This document shows positions 9,776-17,929 of a stretch of 64,000 nucleotides of DNA, one piece after another. The position numbers and the translations under genes are program-made. The first letter of the stretch is position 1, and every line of letters begins with the position of its first letter. The stretch is taken from contig JAJYIF010000018.1 of NCBI GenBank assembly GCA_021790195.1, positions 9,446 through 73,445 of the forward strand, read 5' to 3'. The notes beneath the pieces are model-generated. The model worked only from the letters and a program-made list of their open reading frames with translations, had not been told where the DNA came from and did not search any database. This DNA is from Nitrospirota bacterium (GTDB lineage: Bacteria > Nitrospirota > Thermodesulfovibrionia > Thermodesulfovibrionales > UBA9159).

Positions 9776-10495
9776 CTACGCGTTGTCTTCCGCCGCGTGT
9801 TTCTTCTTTCTCAGTAAGTAGATTGAGCCTGCCGCTGCAAGCGCCATGAAGATTATCATGCCCCATTCCGTCATAGTGGGCACGGTAGTCGGCGGGTCGA
9901 TTATATCCAGCTGATTGACCGCAAAATCATCATTTGGAGTTGCAGAGGAGACCACGCTGTATTCGATTCTCTTGATTGTAGGAGAGGTGTCCGCAGCTCC
10001 GAGGAAGATGGCAGAGTTATCCGCGTTTCCGTTTGAATTGCCGTTGAAGTTAAACGTGCCTATAAGATTATTTGACGCATCATATACATTGATAGTCGCC
10101 GTAAACGCACCGTAGAAATCTGCCTGGATCTGGGCCCCGGCCGCACTCACCGGCTTATCAAATGATATCACCATAGGCCCGTTGTCAATGTTGGTCCAGA
10201 GGAGACGGTCGCCGGCGGCAAAATTGCCGCCCCAGCCTGAGCCCTGATCAACCCTCAGAAAGTCGTTTCCGCTCGGCATAGAGACAGTGGCCGTAATGAC
10301 CCCGTTGTTTGAATTGATATTCGAGGGATCGGTGACGGTAGTGGATGTAGGCCCGAAGAGACCCCAGTCTATAAAATCGTTCCCGGCCAAGGCGGCGCGG
10401 CTGGTAACGACAACGGGTGCGGCGGAAGACTGCGAAACTGGATAAAGAATACCGAATAGAGCGAGACTTATAATGAACGAGAAAAATCTATTCAT
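9776..10495 (-). CDS. Secreted protein with C-terminal IPTL-CTERM-type sorting signal
   Basis: Start chosen at MNRFF (AGGAGG 5 nt upstream); signal peptide; C-terminus VPTMTEWGMIIFMALAAAGSIYLLRKKK = motif + TM helix + basic tail. Confidence 0.6.
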   Translation of the reverse strand: MNRFFSFIISLALFGILYPVSQSSAAPVVVTSRAALAGNDFIDWGLFGPTSTTVTDPSNINSNNGVITATVSMPSGNDFLRVDQGSGWGGNFAAGDRLLWTNIDNGPMVISFDKPVSAAGAQIQADFYGAFTATINVYDASNNLIGTFNFNGNSNGNADNSAIFLGAADTSPTIKRIEYSVVSSATPNDDFAVNQLDIIDPPTTVPTMTEWGMIIFMALAAAGSIYLLRKKKHAAEDNA

Positions 10496-10530
10496 GGCTC
10501 CTCCTGTCATTGATGATTTCAGGTACGTTA

Positions 10531-10842
10531 TCACTGGGCATTCACGACAAGTGTCAGTATGAGGTGCCCTCCGCTCACGCTGCGGTAAGTTATTGTCACG
10601 GACTTCCCGATCAGGCCGTTGATATTTGAAAGAGAGATCCCCTCTGGCAATCTGGAAACCGCCGCAAGTCTGAACCCCTCTTCATAGCCCTGAAGAAAGA
10701 TAGTGTAATTCTGAATACTGACGACAACACCGGTGATGGCTGGCTCACCAACAACTGCATTGACAGGACCGGCAGATATGGAAGCGAACGCGATCACGGT
10801 GAGGACTACGGCAATGAGCGCTATCCTCGTTCTTGGCTGCAT
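10531..10842 (-). CDS. Small secreted or membrane-anchored hypothetical protein
   Basis: Start chosen at MQPRTRIALIAVVL (AAGGAGG upstream); stop overlaps the downstream IPTL-CTERM ORF region. Confidence 0.4.
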   Translation of the reverse strand: MQPRTRIALIAVVLTVIAFASISAGPVNAVVGEPAITGVVVSIQNYTIFLQGYEEGFRLAAVSRLPEGISLSNINGLIGKSVTITYRSVSGGHLILTLVVNAQ

Positions 10843-11184
10843 AATTATCGACCTCCTTTGACGTCTATGAAAGCGTTGGGACAAAAACTTGTGTATATTA
10901 TCAAAAAAACAATTTTCATTTCAATTCAAGAAGACATATCATTTTTTTCGGAGAATTAGATGCGCGGTTTATTTCTTCATATTTTCTTCAAATTCTTTTT
11001 GTAAAGTTGAATCATATCGTTCCACGCGGGCCCAGGGTCTGACCCCTCCTGACTCTGGGCCTGCCCCCCCCCACAAGAAAAAACAGCGCTGACCAATTTC
11101 AGACAAGACCATTTCAGGAGCACTGTTACGAAATGCAAAAAATGCTTGTCAATCAGAAATCCAAGAAGAACAGAAGAGGAAAAC

Positions 11185-11259
11185 TGGAGCCGGGGAGGAG
11201 ACTTGAACTCCCGACCAGCTGATTACGAATCAGCTGCTCTACCACTGAGCTACCCCGGC
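11185..11259 (-). tRNA. tRNA-Thr (anticodon CGU), CCA encoded
   Basis: Reverse complement GCCGGGGTAGCTCAGTGGTAGAGCAGCTGATTCGTAATCAGCTGGTCGGGAGTTCAAGTCTCCTCCCCGGCTCCA folds as a cloverleaf: 7-bp acceptor, GCTC/GAGC D stem, GCTGA/TCAGC anticodon stem with loop TTCGTAA, GGGAG/CTCCT T stem. Confidence 0.9.
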
Positions 11260-11406
11260 ATACTGAAGCATGAATAGTTTACACGCTTTCGATGTTAAAC
11301 CTCAATATCCTTATCCTTGAGGACACGTGCACTGGAAAGGACCGTTCAAGCCGACAGTATCGTGATATAATAATGTAAAAAGAAGGGACAGAATAAGAAC
11401 GATATA

Positions 11407-13959
11407 GTGGATTTCCATGAGCTCAGTGAACTCATAAGGCAGGGTTATGGCGGACGACAGTTAACGGCCCTTTACACAGAAAAAATAGATTCTCTTGTAA
11501 AAGAACTTTTTTCCTCCGTCTTTGGTATTTCTCCCGGCTCTTCCTCAAGTAAAGAAGATAAGGCTTCAGAGCAGGGGCTTTGTCTCATGGCCCTCGGCGG
11601 CTACGGGAGAGCAGAACTTGCACCGCATTCCGACGTTGATATCATGTTGTTTGCATCCGATAGGTCCTATGCTGAAGGGGCCCGTCAACTGCTTTACAAG
11701 CTCTGGGACGCTAGGCTCGACATAAGCCACTCCTTCAGGACCGCGGACGATTGCATCAACGAGGCAAGGAAGGACATCAGGACAAGGACATCCCTGCTTG
11801 AACACAGGTTCATCGCCGGAGACAGCTCTCTTTACAGGTTCTTTAAGGAGACCGTATATCCGGAGGTCGCTTTCCGGAACCAGCGAAGCTATGTCACCAA
11901 CAAGCTTAAGGAAGTGGAGGCGCGCCATAAGAGGTTCGGCGATTCTGTTTTCATGCTTGAGCCGAACGTCAAGGAGGGGAAGGGCGGACTTAGGGAAGTT
12001 CATACGGTGTTGTGGCTGGCGAGCCTGGCCTTCAGGGTAAGACACTTCGGCGAGCTCACTAAAGTGCTCAACCCTTACGATTTCCAGCGTCTCCGCAAGG
12101 CGTATGATTTCATGCTCAAAGTAAGGTTTTGTCTCCACCTGCTGAGCGGAAGGCGGAACGATACTCTTTCCTTTGAATTCCATGAGCCGGTGGCCCGTCT
12201 GCTCAATTTCCGGGGCTCGAAAAGTTTTTACGCTTCCGAGCGGTTTATGAGATACCTTTACCTTAAGAGTGCGGTCATAGACGACGTTTCCGCCCACGCC
12301 CTCGATATGTGCAGCATGCAATACATCCGTTTTTCGCTGCCCGTAACAAAGAAGAGGATGACCGAGAATTTTTCGCTTTCGAGGGACAGGATCGTCCCCA
12401 TGAGAGAGATCGCCGGCAATGCGGACATGGTCATGGAGGCGTTCCATGTAATGTCCAGGACCGGAAAGAAGTTCAGTCCTGCTTTGCGTGACGAGATAAA
12501 GAAGAACCTCTTTCGTATCACTGACCGGGCAAGACATTCGCAGCGGGCAGTAGAGTCTTTTCTGTCGGTACTGCGCGGGCCGAGGGTATATAATACCCTG
12601 AGGGAGATGCACCGCAGCGGCGTGCTCGGAAGGTTTATTCCGGAATTCGGCGCGCTGAGCTACCTCGTGGTATACGAGCCGTTCCACAGATATACCGTTG
12701 ACGAACATTCGCTCCGGGCCATAGGGAAGCTGGAGGAACTGGCTGCTACGAAGTACAAGAGCATGGAGCATTTGGCCGCGATATTCCGGAGGATAAAAGA
12801 AAAGGAGGCCCTAGTCCTTTCACTGCTCCTTCACGACGTGGGAAAAAGGCGGATCACGAGGAAGCAGAAGTTCCCCGAGCGAGATGCGCCCGGGTGGCAT
12901 CATGAGGGCGAAGGCTATAGAGAGGTCAAGAACATCACGGAGAGGTTCAACCTCGGGGTGGCTATGAGAAACAGGATAGAGTTCCTTGTGAAGAACCACA
13001 CCCTGATGTCCGTAACGGCGTTCAAGAGGGAGACGGACGATGCAGAGGTAATAGCGCAGTTTGCGGATGAGGTCGCCGACAGGGAAAACCTCGATCTTCT
13101 CTACCTTATGACATATGCCGATATGGCCTCCGTGGGTCCCGACTTCTGGAGCGACTGGAAGAGCTACCAGATAAGGGAATTATATGAATCAACGCTGCGC
13201 AGTCTCGATGGGTTAGCCGGGCATGGTCCCGGTCAGATAAGCTGCAGGCCCGGAGAGAAGGGGGAAGATATAAAAGGCCTTCTTTCCCTTATGCCCGGGA
13301 GGTACGTAATCTCCACGAGCGCGGAAAAGATCGCAGAGGATTGTGAGCTAGCCTCCGAAGTGGCGAAGAGCAATTTTGGCGCGAAGGTAAGCTCCGCCGC
13401 CGGAGGGACTGCGGAGATCACAGTGGGCGCATGGGACAGGCCCGGCCTTTTTTCGAGTATCGTCGGCGCCCTCTCGTCCCTGGGTATGAACGTCTGCAGG
13501 GCGAGGGTCTATACCGGGAGGAACGGCCTGGTGATCGACAGGATCCAGATTTCGAATTGGCGGGATATCTGGTGGGAAGGGATAGAGAAACTTGTCATAG
13601 AGACCCTCAGAAACGCGGTGACTTCGGGATATGCTCCGCCCGGAGCCAATCAAAGGGAGAAACGGCCTGAAGCTTCCGCTGTGTCGGGCTTCCACAGGAG
13701 GTTCCCTCCGTTCCTGGAAATCGACAATGAGACCTCAACCGAATACAGCATACTCGAATTTTTCGCTCAGGACAGGATCGGGCTCCTGTATGATGCAACC
13801 AGTCTTATGTTCGAGAAAGATATTGATATAATATCAGCGAAGATAAACACCGAGGCAGGCATTGCTCACGACAGCTTCTATGTTCAGCGCAGGGGCGGAA
13901 AGATAGAGGACGTAAGCGCCTGCGGGCTTCTCTTGTCGTTATGGGAAAGATTACGATAA
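11407..13959 (+). CDS. glnD: [Protein-PII] uridylyltransferase / uridylyl-removing enzyme
   Basis: 850 aa; nucleotidyltransferase motif GGYGRAELAPHSDVD, HD domain (LLHDVGK), two C-terminal ACT-like repeats. Confidence 0.85.
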   Translation: MDFHELSELIRQGYGGRQLTALYTEKIDSLVKELFSSVFGISPGSSSSKEDKASEQGLCLMALGGYGRAELAPHSDVDIMLFASDRSYAEGARQLLYKLWDARLDISHSFRTADDCINEARKDIRTRTSLLEHRFIAGDSSLYRFFKETVYPEVAFRNQRSYVTNKLKEVEARHKRFGDSVFMLEPNVKEGKGGLREVHTVLWLASLAFRVRHFGELTKVLNPYDFQRLRKAYDFMLKVRFCLHLLSGRRNDTLSFEFHEPVARLLNFRGSKSFYASERFMRYLYLKSAVIDDVSAHALDMCSMQYIRFSLPVTKKRMTENFSLSRDRIVPMREIAGNADMVMEAFHVMSRTGKKFSPALRDEIKKNLFRITDRARHSQRAVESFLSVLRGPRVYNTLREMHRSGVLGRFIPEFGALSYLVVYEPFHRYTVDEHSLRAIGKLEELAATKYKSMEHLAAIFRRIKEKEALVLSLLLHDVGKRRITRKQKFPERDAPGWHHEGEGYREVKNITERFNLGVAMRNRIEFLVKNHTLMSVTAFKRETDDAEVIAQFADEVADRENLDLLYLMTYADMASVGPDFWSDWKSYQIRELYESTLRSLDGLAGHGPGQISCRPGEKGEDIKGLLSLMPGRYVISTSAEKIAEDCELASEVAKSNFGAKVSSAAGGTAEITVGAWDRPGLFSSIVGALSSLGMNVCRARVYTGRNGLVIDRIQISNWRDIWWEGIEKLVIETLRNAVTSGYAPPGANQREKRPEASAVSGFHRRFPPFLEIDNETSTEYSILEFFAQDRIGLLYDATSLMFEKDIDIISAKINTEAGIAHDSFYVQRRGGKIEDVSACGLLLSLWERLR

Positions 13960-16900
13960 AGAAGATAATTGTTCTGTCCGCGCTCGCCGTGGTCTTCGGC
14001 GTTGTCTTCTTTCTTTCAAGAGGCCCGAATGTTTCGAATTTTCTGAAGGGGATAGTACTGCCCGAACTCTCCGCTGCGACAGGACGGCAGGTCACGGCCC
14101 GTAGGATATATGTCAACATCTTCCCGCTCTTTGTCGAGGCGAGGGACCTCAAGGTGATCGAAGAGGGAAAGGAGATCCTGAATGTGCCCCGGGTCAAGGG
14201 GTATGTGGACCTGTCCGGCCTTCTGAGAAAGCGGCTTGTTATGAGGAGACTGGTCGTGAAGGGGATCGACCTGAAGACTGATGCTGTCAAGCTCGAAGAG
14301 ATTATCTCGAATGTCAGGAAATACATCGAATTGCCGAGGAAGACCCCGGTCAAGGTCGTAGTCAGGGCCGTGGCGCTGGAGGACGGCAAATTCGTCCTGG
14401 GTTATAAAGGAGGGCTTTTCAGCGGGAGCGGATTCAGCGGAGAAGCGGTACTCAGCTCCCGGGAGAATTTTCTCAGCCGAAGACGCGCCGCACCGAGGAT
14501 AAGCTTTGCACTGAAGGAACTCGCCTCTACGGTGAAAGGATGGCCTGAGGTCAAGAGCGAGATCAAAGGGGCCTTTTCGATCAAAGACGGCTCGGTGGAG
14601 GTGAAGGCGCTCCAGATAGGATTCTATGGTTCCATGATAAACACAAGCGGCACATTGCTTTCAAAAAGCGGATCGAGTCTGAGTGTCCGCCTGGGCCTTC
14701 TCACGGAATCCTTCAAGAGGATATTCAGTCTGAAGCAGCCGGGTGAGGGAAACGTTTCCGCAAAGGGGACAATACGACTTGCCAAGGACGATCTCGCGAA
14801 TTCCGTTCTGGACCTGGAGGTCAAAGGGAACTTATATGTCCAGACCCTTCTGGAGCTCCTGAAGGTAAATGAACCCGTGAAGGGGCCGGTCGATTTTGCA
14901 GGCTCGATGAAGGGGCCACTGAAGAATATTGTCGGGGAAGCCAGGACGCGTCTGAAGAAAGGCGATCTCTACGGGGTCCGGGTCGACGATCTCAGATGTC
15001 TGGTCAAGTATTCCGGCGGCAGGCTCGACTTCGAGGACGGCAAGGCCTCTTTGTATAACGGCACGGCGGACGCAAATGCCGTTGTGTCTGTAATGGGCGA
15101 TGGGTTCTATTCATTGAACGTGGGTTTTTCCGGCGTCGACAGTCCGCCGGTGCTCGACCTAATCGGATGGAAGCCGGCGATTCCGTTAGGAAAGGTCAGG
15201 GGTGACCTGCACACGTCAGGCACCGAGTTCGATCCCTCGGGCTCGTTTTTGTACGAAAGCAGCCGGCCCGGCAGGGACTTTATCGGAAGAATAAAGAAGA
15301 TAAGAGGGGCTTACAGCCTGAATAAAAGAGTGATAGCCATCGCGAGAGGCTCCCTCAATACCGGCAAGTCCCTTATAGATTTCAGCGGGAACATTGACCT
15401 GGATGACCGCAGGCTTTCCATGTCTGCTCAGATGAAGACGTCCGACATCCTAGACCTTACAGGGCCGGATTATCAGGACGTGACGGGTTCCGGAGAGTTT
15501 GCCGGAACAGTAACGGGCGCCTTTGATGATCCGACAATAAGCGGCAGGGCAAAGCTGGCCGCCGCATCTTACGAAGGTTACGGGCTGGGTGACGTGACCG
15601 CGACCGTGGATTATAGAAAGAACCTTCTCGAACTCAGGGACCTGTCTGCTGTCGCCGGCGCCGGCCCTGAGAATTCGTCCGTTCTCACGATGAAGGGGAC
15701 TGTCAGGTTTCCCGAGAGCAAAGAGCTCTTCGATTTCAAGAAACATTTCTACGACCTGTCATTGACTATGAAGAACGGCGATCTTCAGAGATTTGTCGGG
15801 ATCGTTTATAGGGGTAAGCTGAAGCAGAAGCCCAGTGGAAGGTTTGACGCTGTCACGACGATCAAGGGGTTCGGACCTCAGCCTGTTTTCAAAGGCATCG
15901 GACGCATATCGAACGCCGGCATGGGCAAATTCGGCGTTGATTCCGCGTCTTTTTCTTTTTCGTACGACTACCGGAAATTTACGATCGAAGACGGACTCGC
16001 AAGAAAGGGCGACTCCACACTGTCCGGAAAAGGCAGCATATCCCACGACGACAGGTTCAGCCTCAGGATATCGTCCGGCAAGGTATACCCAAAAGATATA
16101 GTTTCTCTCAAGGGTCTTCCGCCGGATGCTTATGTAACATTCCGGGCCGAAGGCGAGGGCACGTTCGACAACCCCGCAGGGAGTCTGGAAGGCATGATTC
16201 ACGGGGGCAGGCTGAAAGACACCGACCTCGGCGAGGGAAAGGTTTCCGTCCTGGTGAAGGAAAAGGTCCTTTCGCTGGATATGAGTTTTCTCAACAACAA
16301 GGCCGCCCTTACAGGAAAGATGAATCTGACGGACGGGCTGCCGTGGACAGGGCGCCTTGATCTTAAATCCGGGAGGTACGACTATCTCGTGAGCCCCTGG
16401 TTAAAGGAGGTCCCGGAAGATTTCATTCTTAGTTTGAGGGGCTCGGCAGCCATGGCTGGGGACAAGGACCATTTTTCCGCAAAGGTGGTCCTCAGCCAGG
16501 TGGGCACCACTTTTTACGGCAACAATCTCACAAACGACTCCGACATCAATTTCGAGGTGACCGACAGGAAGGTGGTCCTTTCAAATGTCGGACTCAGGAG
16601 CGGAAGCGGATCGTTCAGAATGTCGGGAAGCATGGAAATCGGAAGGGAATACAATCTGGATGTGGAAGGCAATTCCTCGCTTGCTCCGATTAAGGGTCTG
16701 TCAAAGAAAATAGACACGGTGAGGGGAGATGCCGGGTTCGTTTTCTCGGTCACCGGCAAGTGGACCAACCCGAGGATAGACGGCGGTGTTACGGTCAAAA
16801 ACGCGATCTTCGGCGTGAAGGACCTGCCTTACCGGATCAGCTCTCTGAATGGATATCTCTACATGGACGGGGACAGGATCGTGATAGAAAAACTCTCGGG

Positions 16901-17924
16901 AAAACTGGCCGGCGGAGATGCGGATATAACCGGGGTCGCCCTGCTCCAGGGCTTTTCCCTGAAACGGTTTTATGTCAATGCGGCAGTGAGCAATATCGGG
17001 GTCGTCATCTCCAAGGATTTTACGGCCAATTTCGACGGCAGCCTGGTCTACACCGGAACTCTTGATTCCCAGACCCTGGGCGGAGACGTCAGGATCAATC
17101 GCGCCGCCTACAGGGAGCCGGTCGAGTGGCAAAGCTGGCTCCTGAAGGCAAAGCCTGCAGAGAAGCCAAGGGGCGAGATAGGGGCCTTTCAAAAGACCAA
17201 CCTCAACATAAGGATACAGGGCTCGGACGATGTCGTCATAAACAACAACATTGCTAGGGCATCTCTCAAGGTCGACGTGGTCCTGAGAGGTACGATCTCA
17301 GACCCCCTGATCTTCGGCCGGGTCACCACAAAGACCGGGATCGTCTACTTCAGGAACAATGAGTTCAGGATCCTCAACGCGAGCGCCGACTTCGCTGACC
17401 CCAGGAGGATCAACCCCACGATGGACATCAGTGCGGAGACCACGATCCAGGGATACACGATAAGGATGGTGCTCGAGGGACAGACGGACCATTTTACAAT
17501 GCTGCTGAGTTCGAACCCTACGCTCGAGGACGTAGATATCCTCAGTTTGCTCACCGTGGGAACTCTCTCCGGCGAGTCGAAGGGCATTCAGGGAGGGATT
17601 GGGACAACCGCCGCAACATCGTTCCTGTCCGGGCAGCTCCAGAGCGTGGCCCAGGAAAGGCTGAGAAGCCTTACGGGGATAGACAGGATAGGCGTGGAGC
17701 CCTACGTCTCCCGGACGACCGGAAAATCCGAGCAGCGTCTGACGGTTTCAAAGAGGCTTATGGGGGACAAGCTTTCCGTGACTTATTCGACCGCCCTCGG
17801 CTCCGTCGCCACGGACGTGATCAGGCTGGAGTACAATATCGGGAGCAACGTCGCTCTTATAGGAGAGCGAGACGAGACCGGGGGTTTCGGAGGAAGCGTG
17901 AAATTCAGGTTCGGTTTTAGATAG
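13941..17924 (+). CDS. tamB: TamB/AsmA-like translocation and assembly module protein
   Basis: 1327 aa; single N-terminal TM anchor, long beta-rich repetitive body, DUF490-like C-terminus; immediately upstream of bamA. Confidence 0.75.
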   Translation: MGKITIKKIIVLSALAVVFGVVFFLSRGPNVSNFLKGIVLPELSAATGRQVTARRIYVNIFPLFVEARDLKVIEEGKEILNVPRVKGYVDLSGLLRKRLVMRRLVVKGIDLKTDAVKLEEIISNVRKYIELPRKTPVKVVVRAVALEDGKFVLGYKGGLFSGSGFSGEAVLSSRENFLSRRRAAPRISFALKELASTVKGWPEVKSEIKGAFSIKDGSVEVKALQIGFYGSMINTSGTLLSKSGSSLSVRLGLLTESFKRIFSLKQPGEGNVSAKGTIRLAKDDLANSVLDLEVKGNLYVQTLLELLKVNEPVKGPVDFAGSMKGPLKNIVGEARTRLKKGDLYGVRVDDLRCLVKYSGGRLDFEDGKASLYNGTADANAVVSVMGDGFYSLNVGFSGVDSPPVLDLIGWKPAIPLGKVRGDLHTSGTEFDPSGSFLYESSRPGRDFIGRIKKIRGAYSLNKRVIAIARGSLNTGKSLIDFSGNIDLDDRRLSMSAQMKTSDILDLTGPDYQDVTGSGEFAGTVTGAFDDPTISGRAKLAAASYEGYGLGDVTATVDYRKNLLELRDLSAVAGAGPENSSVLTMKGTVRFPESKELFDFKKHFYDLSLTMKNGDLQRFVGIVYRGKLKQKPSGRFDAVTTIKGFGPQPVFKGIGRISNAGMGKFGVDSASFSFSYDYRKFTIEDGLARKGDSTLSGKGSISHDDRFSLRISSGKVYPKDIVSLKGLPPDAYVTFRAEGEGTFDNPAGSLEGMIHGGRLKDTDLGEGKVSVLVKEKVLSLDMSFLNNKAALTGKMNLTDGLPWTGRLDLKSGRYDYLVSPWLKEVPEDFILSLRGSAAMAGDKDHFSAKVVLSQVGTTFYGNNLTNDSDINFEVTDRKVVLSNVGLRSGSGSFRMSGSMEIGREYNLDVEGNSSLAPIKGLSKKIDTVRGDAGFVFSVTGKWTNPRIDGGVTVKNAIFGVKDLPYRISSLNGYLYMDGDRIVIEKLSGKLAGGDADITGVALLQGFSLKRFYVNAAVSNIGVVISKDFTANFDGSLVYTGTLDSQTLGGDVRINRAAYREPVEWQSWLLKAKPAEKPRGEIGAFQKTNLNIRIQGSDDVVINNNIARASLKVDVVLRGTISDPLIFGRVTTKTGIVYFRNNEFRILNASADFADPRRINPTMDISAETTIQGYTIRMVLEGQTDHFTMLLSSNPTLEDVDILSLLTVGTLSGESKGIQGGIGTTAATSFLSGQLQSVAQERLRSLTGIDRIGVEPYVSRTTGKSEQRLTVSKRLMGDKLSVTYSTALGSVATDVIRLEYNIGSNVALIGERDETGGFGGSVKFRFGFR

Positions 17925-17929
17925 GTACG

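Noticed and set aside
10889-11092. 67-aa ORF in the AT-rich spacer
   Set aside because: It has no ribosome-binding site and is a low-complexity F/S/K-rich peptide. It spans the hairpin and C9 tract and is more likely non-coding.
9580-11406. tRNA-Thr as an integration site for a genomic island carrying the IPTL-CTERM genes
   Set aside because: No direct repeat of the tRNA 3' end was found on the far side (9580-9780), and there is no integrase or mobility gene in the vicinity.
11566-12771. 401-aa ORF antisense to glnD
   Set aside because: glnD has clear nucleotidyltransferase and HD motifs in the sense frame. The antisense translation is low-complexity and motif-free.
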